Source of the DNA: a virus
Lineage: Duplodnaviria; Caudoviricetes
IMG/VR virus record: IMGVR_UViG_3300037147_000155
Location: 1-56,836 of that record
Direction: 5' to 3' (one strand)
Length of the DNA: 56,836 nucleotides
Shown here: positions 19,133-29,286 of the stretch, piece after piece
How positions within the stretch are numbered: the first letter of the stretch is position 1
Layout of the letters: the number at the start of each line of letters is the position of its first letter
Made by a program: the position numbers and the translations under genes
Notes under the pieces: model-generated
What the model saw: the letters and a program-made list of their open reading frames with translations, nothing else
What the model was told of the DNA's origin: nothing
Databases searched by the model: none

Positions 19133-19776
19133 TGGATAGCATCGTCACCGCACTCCAAGGCGCATTCACCGGCCCAGGCGCGCTCGGCAACATCCTCAAG
19201 ACCGGCGTCACCGCCGCGGGCGGCATCGGCGACATCATCTCCCAGCAGAAGCAGAATTCTTCGCTCAATCAGGTGCTGCAGTACCAAAAGAATCCAGCCC
19301 TCGCAGCGCAGAAAATCGCCCAGATGACTCAACCCTTGAGCCAGGGCCTGACGCAGGACGTTGGCAACAATGTTCAAGGCTACCTCGGCGAACGCGGCCT
19401 GTCGGGCAGCCCTAACATTACCGCATCAGTGCTGGCTCAGGCCCTAGCTCCCTATCAGCAGCAGAATCAGCAACTAGCCACCAGCCAGTTCGGACAGTTG
19501 CTCAATCCAGCCGGTGCTGGCTTCGGCAAACCAATCGACTGGGGCAGCTTGATGAAGCTGTGGATGCCTGCGCCGAAGCTGAACCCCGCCGGAACAAATC
19601 CAGCCTCCACTGGACCATTCCCCAACATGAATACCGCCGGAACCAGCGGCACCTTGAACTCAACGCCGCCATTCTTCCCGACGACCGGCCCCAGCTTGAG
19701 TCAAGCAGCTCAACCACCCGACATGTCTGGCATGGACGACTTCAGCGGCCTCGATAGCTACCCAGGTGGTCAATGA
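19132..19776 (+). CDS. Putative ejection protein
   Basis: Gly/Gln-rich; RGLSGS motif. Confidence 0.6.
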   Translation: MDSIVTALQGAFTGPGALGNILKTGVTAAGGIGDIISQQKQNSSLNQVLQYQKNPALAAQKIAQMTQPLSQGLTQDVGNNVQGYLGERGLSGSPNITASVLAQALAPYQQQNQQLATSQFGQLLNPAGAGFGKPIDWGSLMKLWMPAPKLNPAGTNPASTGPFPNMNTAGTSGTLNSTPPFFPTTGPSLSQAAQPPDMSGMDDFSGLDSYPGGQ

Positions 19777-21050
19777 GCGCCCTCGCACAATCGATCGCAA
19801 CCTCCCTCGGCTCAGCCGGAGGCGGCTACGGCGCTGCCCGCGACGCGCAGACCGACGAGAAGAATCAGGTTACCCAGGCTACCTCAGCTGCCGACCAGGC
19901 CAACTTCGAACGCTCCATGCGGATTAAGCAATTCATCCTGGAGCAGCAGACTCAAAAGCGCCTGGCTGACTCAGCTGAACTCCAGAACCGCGTTCAGTCA
20001 GCTCTCATGGCTGGCTCATGGACTGACACTGGCGCTCCAGTCCGCATGAAAGGTGGCGGTCTGGGGATGATTCAGCACAATAGTAAGACCAACGAGACTC
20101 GTGTTGCTGCCCTTCCTGAGGGCACTGAGCCTCAGAACGATGACGAATCCAAGTGGGACCAATACCGTTCCGCCTACAAGCAAGCCTTCGGCAAGGAGCC
20201 CGACGACGACCTCCGCAAAACCTTCTTCAACAAGATGGCTGGAGCCCCCGCGCCCAAGGACCAAACTGAATTCGAAGCCTGGCGCGAGGCCTTCAAGGCC
20301 GCCCACGGCAAGGAACCAGGCGCTGCCGAGATCGCCGACTGGCACCGCGCACCCAAGGCTGAGAAGGGCGCAAAGGACGACGGCACGAGTGACCTTGGCT
20401 CCTTCGCTCAGCAGCTCGCAACCAAGAATCTCACCCTGGCCCAGGTGCCCAGTAAACTTCGCGGCCCTCTGCTCTCCTACATGCACGATCAAGGGATGAA
20501 GTTGCCAAATCAACTCAGTCCCGCGCTTGAAGACAAACTTATGCAGCGCTCTGACGCGCTCCAAAACACTGTCGACCTGATCGACCAGATTCGTCCCGAC
20601 CTCGACTTGATCAAGACTCTCCCATCGGCCTCCTTGGTCGAACTGGCTCAGTCCCCCGAATCAGTCAAAGCTGCCCTGACTCGCTACTTCACCTGGATGC
20701 AGAAGCCCCAGGACAGAATGCGAATCGAGCGCCTGGCAGGTAACCTGCGCTCCCTCCAGGAGGCGGTCAACGTAATCCGTGGCCCCCTGGGCGCAACCGG
20801 CTTCCGCGGCAAAGAGGGCTGGGATGCCCTGCAGAATCAAACCGTCCGCGCCCTGTCCGCGCCCGGCGTCAACGCTCAGGTACTCGACAACACCGAGAAG
20901 ATCGCGAAGTCACTGCTGAACTCAACGCATCAAGTTCTCGGCGACTCAGGCGAGGAGGCCACTCCATCAGCTGCCTCCGCCAAGCCGTCATCCAGCAGCG
21001 ATCTCCACTTCGACTCAAAGGGGAACATAATTGCCGCTCCCGCAAAATAG
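19773..21050 (+). CDS. Putative ejection protein
   Basis: Helical; internal repeat W..YR.AYK.A.GKEP / W.EAFKAAHGKEP. Confidence 0.55.
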   Translation: MSALAQSIATSLGSAGGGYGAARDAQTDEKNQVTQATSAADQANFERSMRIKQFILEQQTQKRLADSAELQNRVQSALMAGSWTDTGAPVRMKGGGLGMIQHNSKTNETRVAALPEGTEPQNDDESKWDQYRSAYKQAFGKEPDDDLRKTFFNKMAGAPAPKDQTEFEAWREAFKAAHGKEPGAAEIADWHRAPKAEKGAKDDGTSDLGSFAQQLATKNLTLAQVPSKLRGPLLSYMHDQGMKLPNQLSPALEDKLMQRSDALQNTVDLIDQIRPDLDLIKTLPSASLVELAQSPESVKAALTRYFTWMQKPQDRMRIERLAGNLRSLQEAVNVIRGPLGATGFRGKEGWDALQNQTVRALSAPGVNAQVLDNTEKIAKSLLNSTHQVLGDSGEEATPSAASAKPSSSSDLHFDSKGNIIAAPAK

Positions 21051-22455
21051 CCCCGAGCGCACCGCCCACCTGGCTGACGGCCGGACTCTCCATTTCCCTG
21101 CCGACACCCCTGACGCCGTCATCAGCGCTACGGTAAAGAAGATGCTAAACGCTGAACCATCTGCGCCCGCCGTCCCAGCTCAGGGAGCCCCCCTCGCCCA
21201 GCCCTCTGGCCCCACTTCCATGCGCGCCTACACCATGGGCGACCGCCTGAAGCAGGCCATCAACTCAGGCAAGGAAGGCCTACCAGCCATCGGTGCCGGC
21301 CTCGCAGCGGCAGCCGCCCCCACCTCAGGCGGCCTAAGCGAACTTATTGTCCCAGTCCTCGCTGCCCTGATGGGGGGCGCTGCTGGGACCTCCGCCAAAC
21401 AAGGAGTCTCAGCAGCCATCGGCAGTGGCGATCGCCCCAAGTCCACCACCGATGCCTTGACTGAGGTCGGCGTGGGCGGCATCCATCAAGCCGAATACGA
21501 AATGAGCGCAAAGCCTCTCGATGCCTTCCTTGGCCACGTCATCGGCACCACCGCCTCGAAGGCCAACCGCGCCCGAGTAGCCAACCTAACCGCCATGACC
21601 GGCAAGGGCGATCAGACTGGCGCAAATTTCGAAAAGATCCTCTCTGACATCGACGATACAGTGAAGGTCTCAGGTCGCCCTAAGTCCCCCTTGGGCGTGT
21701 TCAACGTCATCAAGCAGACCGGCAAGCGCCTCGATAGCGAATTCAACAACTCACTTGCCCTGGTGGGCAACCAGCGCGTGGTCCCCATGGACATTGCCAA
21801 TCGCATCCATAGCCTGATCACCCCCGACATGGCCTACACCGCCGAAGGCCGGGCTGCCCGCAAGGAGATCCTCGACGCCGAGGTCGAATATCAGAAGCCT
21901 TGGACTTACTACGCCCTCAACAGTAAGCGCATGACCAACAATAATCTCCTTGATCCTCTCTACAACAAGGGCTCTCAAGGTCAAGCCGCCGCCCTGTCAG
22001 ACGTGCAGAAGAAAATCGCCAAAGCCGTCCGCGATGAGTCGGCCAACATGGTCTACAGCGCCGTGGACAAGGTCAATCCTGCTATCGATGCTCAACTGCT
22101 GAAGCAAAGACAGGGAGCCCTCTGGTCGCTATCTGATCAACTCAGTGATCGCGTAAGCGAGATCCACGACGCCCAGCTGACCGAGGAAGGCAAAACTTTA
22201 CGCCAGAAGGTCAGCCCCAGCGCCGTCGTCACTCCAAAGTCCGCCCATGGCTACGTTCGCGGGGTGAGCAAACTAATCCCCGGCGGCGGACCCGAGCGTC
22301 AAGCAGCCATTCAAACTCGCCGAGCCTTCAAGGATTCCAGCTCAGCGATCGCCCGCCGTCGTGCAATCCTCGCAGCCCCAGTAGCCAACATCATGCGCGG
22401 CGTGGGCGCGGTTGGATCCGCAGCCACTTCAGAGGACGACAACGATGACCAATAA
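21031..22455 (+). CDS. Putative ejection protein
   Basis: DGRTLHFPADTP N-terminal motif; Gly/Ala hydrophobic segment. Confidence 0.55.
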   Translation: MPLPQNSPERTAHLADGRTLHFPADTPDAVISATVKKMLNAEPSAPAVPAQGAPLAQPSGPTSMRAYTMGDRLKQAINSGKEGLPAIGAGLAAAAAPTSGGLSELIVPVLAALMGGAAGTSAKQGVSAAIGSGDRPKSTTDALTEVGVGGIHQAEYEMSAKPLDAFLGHVIGTTASKANRARVANLTAMTGKGDQTGANFEKILSDIDDTVKVSGRPKSPLGVFNVIKQTGKRLDSEFNNSLALVGNQRVVPMDIANRIHSLITPDMAYTAEGRAARKEILDAEVEYQKPWTYYALNSKRMTNNNLLDPLYNKGSQGQAAALSDVQKKIAKAVRDESANMVYSAVDKVNPAIDAQLLKQRQGALWSLSDQLSDRVSEIHDAQLTEEGKTLRQKVSPSAVVTPKSAHGYVRGVSKLIPGGGPERQAAIQTRRAFKDSSSAIARRRAILAAPVANIMRGVGAVGSAATSEDDNDDQ

Positions 22456-22468
22456 AGGGAGCCAGCTC

Positions 22469-25400
22469 ATGAAGTGGACAATCAGCATCATCTTGACACT
22501 CATAGCGCTGCTGACCATGGCTCAGTCGGCCACGGCCCAGGCTGGCTACACGACCGTCACCGGCACCGTGGTCGATGCCAACTCAGTTCCCTACGTGGCT
22601 GGCAACTACAACGTGACCTTCGTCAACACGACCGGACAACAGGCGATGTTTCAGGGCAGCGTTCTCAACCAGACAACCTTCAGCGGCAAGTTGACCTCTA
22701 CCGCCACCTTCTCGATCGTGCTGCCAGCGAACTCCGGTGCGGGCGCTATTAGCCCGCTGGGCACGCAATGGAACTTCAGCTTTACCGCCAGCGACGGCGG
22801 CTCCCCCTTCAACATCAACGCGACCATCACTGGCTCCACTCAGTCGCTCAGCACTGCAATCGCCGCTGCCGCGCCCATTCTCACCTTCACTATCGGCGGA
22901 CCAAGCGGCGAGCCAATCCCCGTCGGCCCCTCCGCTGACTGCCCCGCATCGAATGGCACCTTGAGTTACTGGATTCCCTGTGCGGGTGGCGGTCCTCCAA
23001 CTGGGGCCGCCGGGGGCGTATTGGCTGGTACATATCCCAACCCCACCTGTTCAACATGCGCCATTACCGCGAATCCACTTTCCCAATTCGCACCCACAAC
23101 CTCAGCCCAGCTTCGAGGTGTACTCAGCGATGAGACCGGAACAGGCGCAGCCGTCTTCGGAACCTCGCCAACTCTAATCACTCCTGCTCTTGGCACTCCT
23201 ACTGCATTAGTTCTAACAAGCGCGACGGGATTGCCCCTGTCTACCGGAGTGGTCGGTCAATTGCCAATCGGCAGCGTAGGCAGCGCGGGTTTGAGTGGGA
23301 CATCTCCCATCGCGATTGCTTCTACCGGTGTGATTAGTTGCACCACTTGCGGAGTGATCACGGTACCGGTGGGAGCTGATCCTTCGGGCGCAACTGATTC
23401 TCGCGTTGCTTTACAGGCGGCACTGACCATAGGGGCAACCACACCTTATCCGGCAGTATTTATCCCGGCAGGAAGCTACATAGTCTCTTCGCCAGGCCTA
23501 AGCTGCCCGTCAAGTTCCTGCAAGATATTTGGCTCAGGCGGTAACACTACCTCAATCCAGGCCAGCGCCAGCGGCTACAACACACTGGTAATTGGAGGAC
23601 CATACGTCTCGCAAAACCCGTCAGGATGGACAAAGGACATCGCAGTTAGCGGCTCCGGAAGGCCAGGTTCGATAACTGGGGTTTCAGCACTCCAACTCAA
23701 TGATGTGCAGAACTACCGCATCGAAAATGTCAGCCTCTATAACGACGACATCGGGCTTGACCTCATAAATAATTGCTACGGGCTTCTTGCCGAGAATATT
23801 CGCGGAGGTGGTGGAAGTCTAAATGTCGGCATCAACCTCCGCACGGGATCACAATCGGGATCGGACCTTGTTTTTAACAGCGTATGGGTGGAAGGGATAT
23901 TCGCAGGTGTGTCTATATCCCCCGGTGGAGGAGGATATCACTTCTATGGTGGGCAGCTTGGCACAGATCTAAACTTCGGTTCCGCGAACGACCTTGCCGG
24001 GACCGTCGTCATGGGCAAGGACTACATCACAGGGTCTACGGCTGGCGGCGGGACAAGCGCCAATTTCGATGGAACGAGCTTTGAGGGCACCAACTACGCC
24101 TGGGTGTTCCGTGCGTACGGATCTGCTTATCTCTTTACCAATGAAATCGCCATGAACCCATCGAACGCCAGCTATCCCGCCATTGGCGTCTACAAGAACA
24201 CCACCTTCGGCACGGGCCAGCTTGAGATGCGCGGCAGCTCAATCAGTGGCGCATGGGCTAACACGAATACCGGCGGGGCCTTGATAGTCGTATCCGGAGT
24301 GACGCAAAGCCTCAATCCCTATCCAATCATCGAAGAGGGGACAATCGTAACTGGGAGCACGCCATATATAAATGGGGTTGCCACGAATATATCTTCGATC
24401 ACCGACCAATCGGGCGTGCAGCAATACGCTACTTCTCACAGTGGCCAAGGCATCGAACATAATGGCCTTCTTTTTAGGAATAACGGCGGGGTTCTACAGA
24501 CATCCTTGAACCAGGGAGGTACTTGGGGCAACGTTCCGCAGCTAACAACTATCGGTGACGTGGGCTACGGAGGCTCTTCGGGAACTCCCACACGCCTTCC
24601 AGGAAACACCACGAACACCGATCAAGTTCTAGTCTCACACGGCACGGGCGGCGCGGCAGCAGCACCTACCACGAAAACATGCGTCTCTGGAACAGGAGGA
24701 GCGGGAACTTCCACCACGTGCACCTGGAGTACTCCGCCACAAGCAGGAGAGTTCGTTGCCATCGCGGTCAACAACTTCACCTCGGCTACCTACACGGTGA
24801 CGGACTCCGCAGCCAACTCTTATAGCGCGTATGGCAGTGTTCACAGTTCAGCCTCAACCGGCTACACGCAAACATTTTACTTCGGCCCCCTCGCCGCGCC
24901 CATCACCACCACGACGGTGACGGCGACTGCGGGCAGCTATTTGAACATAGCTGGGCAGACAGCCGCAAACATTGCAACCTCTTCGCCGACAGATGGGCAA
25001 GGCACGATAGACGCGACTGGAACGGCGAATGTTCCCCCGAACGGTTATTCTCCGATCACACTGGGATCCCCGATCACGACCACTGTAAATGGCGACTATA
25101 TTTTCTGCCCCACCTATGGACAATATCTCAGCGCACTTTCTCCAGGAGTTGGTTTCACTCAAGGTTCGCAATTAGGGAATATGTACTATCCCCTAGAAAC
25201 TAATTCTTTATCGCAGTATCTAGTGCAAGCGACAGCAGGGGCTATCACTCCAAGCATGATAGGCACGCAGGGGCTCATATCCACAATGACTTGCAGCGCG
25301 TTCAAGTCTGCCGGGGGATCAGTGGGAGGGGGAACTGCGGCAGCTCCTTATCTAACGAGCACTCCAAGTTTCGCCAAGGTTCTTACTGCCTCAAATTGTT

Positions 25401-25696
25401 CTAACTCAGCTTCTCCAGCGGTATGTGGCTCGGCAGCATCGGGTAGCGTAGCTCTCCCGACAGGAACTAATCCGACTCTCGTTGTAAACTCGACTGCTGT
25501 CACAGCCAACAGCCAGATCATGCTCACTGTGGATGAGAGCCTAGGGACCAAGCTGAGCGTCACCTGCAATACAACGCTATCCACCTTGCTCAACCCAGTA
25601 GTCACAGCGCGCACGGCGGCTACTAGCTTCACTTTCACGATTGGCGCGATCATCGCCACCAACCCAGCATGTGTCAGCTACACGATCATAAACTGA
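22469..25696 (+). CDS. Signal-peptide-bearing tailspike/fibre-like protein with pectate-lyase-type beta-helix
   Basis: MKWTISIILTLIALLTMAQSATA-Q signal; GADPSGATDSRVALQAAL...VFIPAGSY beta-helix cap. Confidence 0.75.
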   Translation: MKWTISIILTLIALLTMAQSATAQAGYTTVTGTVVDANSVPYVAGNYNVTFVNTTGQQAMFQGSVLNQTTFSGKLTSTATFSIVLPANSGAGAISPLGTQWNFSFTASDGGSPFNINATITGSTQSLSTAIAAAAPILTFTIGGPSGEPIPVGPSADCPASNGTLSYWIPCAGGGPPTGAAGGVLAGTYPNPTCSTCAITANPLSQFAPTTSAQLRGVLSDETGTGAAVFGTSPTLITPALGTPTALVLTSATGLPLSTGVVGQLPIGSVGSAGLSGTSPIAIASTGVISCTTCGVITVPVGADPSGATDSRVALQAALTIGATTPYPAVFIPAGSYIVSSPGLSCPSSSCKIFGSGGNTTSIQASASGYNTLVIGGPYVSQNPSGWTKDIAVSGSGRPGSITGVSALQLNDVQNYRIENVSLYNDDIGLDLINNCYGLLAENIRGGGGSLNVGINLRTGSQSGSDLVFNSVWVEGIFAGVSISPGGGGYHFYGGQLGTDLNFGSANDLAGTVVMGKDYITGSTAGGGTSANFDGTSFEGTNYAWVFRAYGSAYLFTNEIAMNPSNASYPAIGVYKNTTFGTGQLEMRGSSISGAWANTNTGGALIVVSGVTQSLNPYPIIEEGTIVTGSTPYINGVATNISSITDQSGVQQYATSHSGQGIEHNGLLFRNNGGVLQTSLNQGGTWGNVPQLTTIGDVGYGGSSGTPTRLPGNTTNTDQVLVSHGTGGAAAAPTTKTCVSGTGGAGTSTTCTWSTPPQAGEFVAIAVNNFTSATYTVTDSAANSYSAYGSVHSSASTGYTQTFYFGPLAAPITTTTVTATAGSYLNIAGQTAANIATSSPTDGQGTIDATGTANVPPNGYSPITLGSPITTTVNGDYIFCPTYGQYLSALSPGVGFTQGSQLGNMYYPLETNSLSQYLVQATAGAITPSMIGTQGLISTMTCSAFKSAGGSVGGGTAAAPYLTSTPSFAKVLTASNCSNSASPAVCGSAASGSVALPTGTNPTLVVNSTAVTANSQIMLTVDESLGTKLSVTCNTTLSTLLNPVVTARTAATSFTFTIGAIIATNPACVSYTIIN

Positions 25697-25707
25697 TGAG
25701 GGTCAGG

Positions 25708-27777
25708 ATGATTAGACGATTACTATGGCTGATGTTGTTGGGGCTGCTGAGCAGCCTGCCCACGTTGGCCCAACAGGGATTCACTGTTGTCAGTGGCACG
25801 GTCGTGGACAGCAATGGATCAGTCTACTCCAACGCTACCTTCAATGTGGGATTCGTGAATCCAGGCACCCCAGCAGGTGTGCTGCCCCTGCTCAACGGCT
25901 CCACGTTTCAGCAACAATATGTGGGAGTAGTCACCGACTCCTTCGGGCGCTTCTCGCTGGCCATCCCCGACAACAATGTGATCGCCCTCTCGGGGGCGCT
26001 GAACACGCAATGGAACTTTAGTTTCTGCAGCGTGCTATACCCGGCACCCAACCAAAAATACTGCTTCAACACGAACTTGACGATCACCGGCCCGACGATG
26101 AATATCAGTACTCAATTGACTGCTGCAGCGGCGATCTTGCCCCCTATAGGAGGCGGTGCGACATTGGCCTTCTTATATACGCAGGCCACCCCTGCAACTA
26201 GCTGGGAAATCGTCCACAACTTGAATACGCCCTCGGTGACGTTTGATTGTTTCGATGCGAACCAGCAATACGTGGTACCAGACACGGTCACTAACACCAA
26301 TGTAAACACTTTGATGGTAACCTTCACTGTGGCGCAAGCAGGAACCTGCATAGTGTTAGGCGCTGGAGCCGCCAGCTCAACGAGTGGAGGAGGTGGCGCT
26401 ACCCTGACAGCCACGCAAAACGGTTTCGGTTCATCCGGGAACGCATTGACTGGCGACCCTACCTACACATTCAATTCCACCACAAAAAATGAACAAGTAC
26501 CTTCAATCAACCAAACTATCTACATCGACGGCGTGAAATATCCGCAATCCGACATTGGGGCCGGGATTAATGCTGCTTACGCTGCGCTCCCGGCGAATGG
26601 CGGAACAATCATCATTCCCGCAAGCGCTACCTGCTACCAAACATCGACGGCCATGAACTTTGCGACCGAAGGCAAGTTCCCCCTTATCGTTTCTTCCCCT
26701 GGCGGATCAGCCTGCATCCAGTGGACCTCGACAACTGGCACGGCGATAACTTTCAACTCAGGAGAAGGCGTTCTCGCTACTCACCCGCGAGCATTCGGAT
26801 TGCGCGATATTGAACTTGTAGGACCGAACGGAAGCACGGGACCCACGAACATTTGCACGTCCCTTTCAGGCGTGACAGCGACAGCACTTCTACTCGGTGG
26901 CACGAATGGAGCAGAAGGATTTGGCGCTTACGGAATCAACATCAATTGCTTTGGGACGGGCGTGACCTACGGGAACAATACCTGGGGCACACTGTTCAAA
27001 CACGGCACGATCCGCAACAACACAAAAGACCTGAACATTACGGGCTCCCTCTCGAACACAGGCGAGCAACTAGCCTTCGATGAAATCTCCTGGATTTACG
27101 ACCTGGCATCAGCCCCGGCCTGCGTAGTGAACATGAATCCTACCGGGATCACACTCGAAACCGAGTTCGTAAATAACTCGTTCGATGGCGCGGAATTCTG
27201 CCCTCTCGGCATCTCTCACCTGATCAATCCGCACTTTGAGAATCCAGGGAACAATATGACGTTCCCGTTCATCGTGAACTCGGCCAACCTGGAGATTTTA
27301 GGCGGAACATTCCTTGAGGACTACACTTCGACATTTGTACCCAACGAGTACATCGCCAACACGGGAAATAACGCCGTCCTGCTCCTGCATGGGTTCAACG
27401 CCTACGCTGGATCGGTGCTCAGCTACTTCGTGGGCGATGCCAATAACGCTGTAACCAATATCGATGGGCTGATGACCGGCACGTTTTCTTGGTCCGCGTG
27501 GATCAACCATACCGGAACGGGAACCTGTCTGATTGACGGTTACGGTACCGCATCTGGGGTCGGAGACTTCTACTCTTGCCAGCCGATAATCTTCCGAGGA
27601 GGCATCCAGCTCAATAATCCCGTGACTACTCTCCCATCAGCAAGTGCAGCTAATACAGGGCAGGTGATGACAGTTAGTAATTCAACCACCGTGGTAACTG
27701 AAGGACAGGTATGTGCGCTCAGCGGTTCTAGTTTTGCTATCGCTATATCTACTGGTTCCGTATGGAAATGCTTCTAA
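25708..27777 (+). CDS. Signal-peptide-bearing tailspike-like beta-helix protein
   Basis: MIRRLLWLMLLGLLSSLPTLA-Q signal; N-domain paralogous to 22469; DIGAGINAAYAALPANGGTIII cap; WEIVHNLN motif. Confidence 0.75.
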   Translation: MIRRLLWLMLLGLLSSLPTLAQQGFTVVSGTVVDSNGSVYSNATFNVGFVNPGTPAGVLPLLNGSTFQQQYVGVVTDSFGRFSLAIPDNNVIALSGALNTQWNFSFCSVLYPAPNQKYCFNTNLTITGPTMNISTQLTAAAAILPPIGGGATLAFLYTQATPATSWEIVHNLNTPSVTFDCFDANQQYVVPDTVTNTNVNTLMVTFTVAQAGTCIVLGAGAASSTSGGGGATLTATQNGFGSSGNALTGDPTYTFNSTTKNEQVPSINQTIYIDGVKYPQSDIGAGINAAYAALPANGGTIIIPASATCYQTSTAMNFATEGKFPLIVSSPGGSACIQWTSTTGTAITFNSGEGVLATHPRAFGLRDIELVGPNGSTGPTNICTSLSGVTATALLLGGTNGAEGFGAYGININCFGTGVTYGNNTWGTLFKHGTIRNNTKDLNITGSLSNTGEQLAFDEISWIYDLASAPACVVNMNPTGITLETEFVNNSFDGAEFCPLGISHLINPHFENPGNNMTFPFIVNSANLEILGGTFLEDYTSTFVPNEYIANTGNNAVLLLHGFNAYAGSVLSYFVGDANNAVTNIDGLMTGTFSWSAWINHTGTGTCLIDGYGTASGVGDFYSCQPIIFRGGIQLNNPVTTLPSASAANTGQVMTVSNSTTVVTEGQVCALSGSSFAIAISTGSVWKCF

Positions 27778-27801
27778 TTCCATACGTTGATTGAGGCGGC
27801 T

Positions 27802-28740
27802 ATGATTAAACGATCCTTGATACTGTTGACGCTAATCATTGGCCTGACTCTGACCGCTCAGGCGCAGACCGCTGGTACGCAAGTTGGCCGGGTGTCTTTA
27901 ACCCAAGGAGCGTCGGTAAGTCAGCAAGGATACATAGCTGGAGGCTCAATCATTCTTGGTCAGCTTGTCACCATCAATTCATCGGGGCAGGTAATCGCCG
28001 CGACGACTTCCACAACCGATGGGGTCATCGGCGTCGCCAAGAATAGTGGGACAACCTCACAGCCAGTAGATGTAGCCCTAATCGGGCAGGTAGCTGCCTT
28101 ATCAGATGGTACCTGCTCACAAGGTCAACTACTGCAAATTTCCATTATCTCTGCTGGGCGTGTTAACTGTACACCGTCTATCATCAATCAGCAAATCGGT
28201 ATAAGCGATTCCAGCGTAGCTGGACCGGGAAATATCACCGCGGTATTGACAGGTGGCGGGTCGTCTGGCAGCAGTGGTGGCGCGAACACGACGCTATCGA
28301 ACCTCGGCACGACGGCTCTTAACGCCGATCTGATGTGCGCCACCGCAGGGAGCTGCAACCTTGGATCCGCCGCGGATCCAGTCAACGGAGTCTACTTGAA
28401 ATTCTTCCAGCTGAATACTCCAGGGGCGCTGATACTCGGCTACCCTGGTCCCTGCGCTGCCCCCGGCCCCAGCCAAATCGGCTCATGTTTTGGCGACTCC
28501 AATGGGGCGATCGATGATTGGGATGGCTATTCGGCTACCTTTAGGCCTCACGCGCTGGCGCTCGTGCCGGGCACCTTCGCGGCCTTGAGCGCTGAGTATC
28601 CCTGTCCTGGCTCGGAAGGGCAAGGGGGTTCAGTAACCGACTCGACCACGAACACATGGGGGGCGACAGTAGTCGGCGGCGGGGCGGATCATGTTCTGGC
28701 GTACTGTGACGGCAGCGCTTGGACTGTCGCGGCTAAATAA
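27802..28740 (+). CDS. Signal-peptide-bearing protein with capsid-cement (DUF2190-like) domain and fibre-type C-terminus
   Basis: MIKRSLILLTLIIGLTLTAQA-Q signal; GQLVTI...VIGVA...VDVALIG; VTDST...GGG..VLAYCDGSAW. Confidence 0.65.
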   Translation: MIKRSLILLTLIIGLTLTAQAQTAGTQVGRVSLTQGASVSQQGYIAGGSIILGQLVTINSSGQVIAATTSTTDGVIGVAKNSGTTSQPVDVALIGQVAALSDGTCSQGQLLQISIISAGRVNCTPSIINQQIGISDSSVAGPGNITAVLTGGGSSGSSGGANTTLSNLGTTALNADLMCATAGSCNLGSAADPVNGVYLKFFQLNTPGALILGYPGPCAAPGPSQIGSCFGDSNGAIDDWDGYSATFRPHALALVPGTFAALSAEYPCPGSEGQGGSVTDSTTNTWGATVVGGGADHVLAYCDGSAWTVAAK

Positions 28741-29245
28741 TATGACGCCAACTAATACGAAGCCTGATCTGAGAAATACTTTGCTTGTTGACGCCAAATC
28801 GTTGCGCCAAAACTTTCCCTGGCTCAATACTCTGCCTTATTTCGCGTACGGCTTCTTCCGTGAGTCTAGAGTTTCCACAAGTTTCCCCCCGCGGCATCTT
28901 CCCATTGCGATAAGCGTGCATCCAGTTTTCACGGCTAGTCATGTACTCCAAGTTTGCAGGCCAGCGATTATCTGTCTTCTTGCCATTCTTGTGATTGGCA
29001 GTATGTCCATCTGGGCACACCCCTACGAAACTTCCCATCACAAGAGAGTGAACTTTACGGTACGCGGTTTTTCCAGCGGCACTCAGGTGAACTACTTTGT
29101 ACCCATAGAAATCAATAGTGGGATTCAGAATCTTCCCAACATGGGTATGCGGACCTGGTGCTATCCTTCGTACGCGGCCTCTGTCAGAAACTTGGTAGTA
29201 ATCATCAAAGCCAAAAACTGGAAGCCATTTTTCGGAGTTACCCAT
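28733..29245 (-). mobile_element. NUMOD4-HNH homing endonuclease inserted antisense
   Basis: EKWLPVFGFDDYYQVSDRGRVR (NUMOD4); NHKNGKKTDN..ANLEY; C-terminal HTH. Confidence 0.9.
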
Positions 29246-29286
29246 AAGGATCTATTGTATCACACAAAATGGACGGTGGCTGCGAA

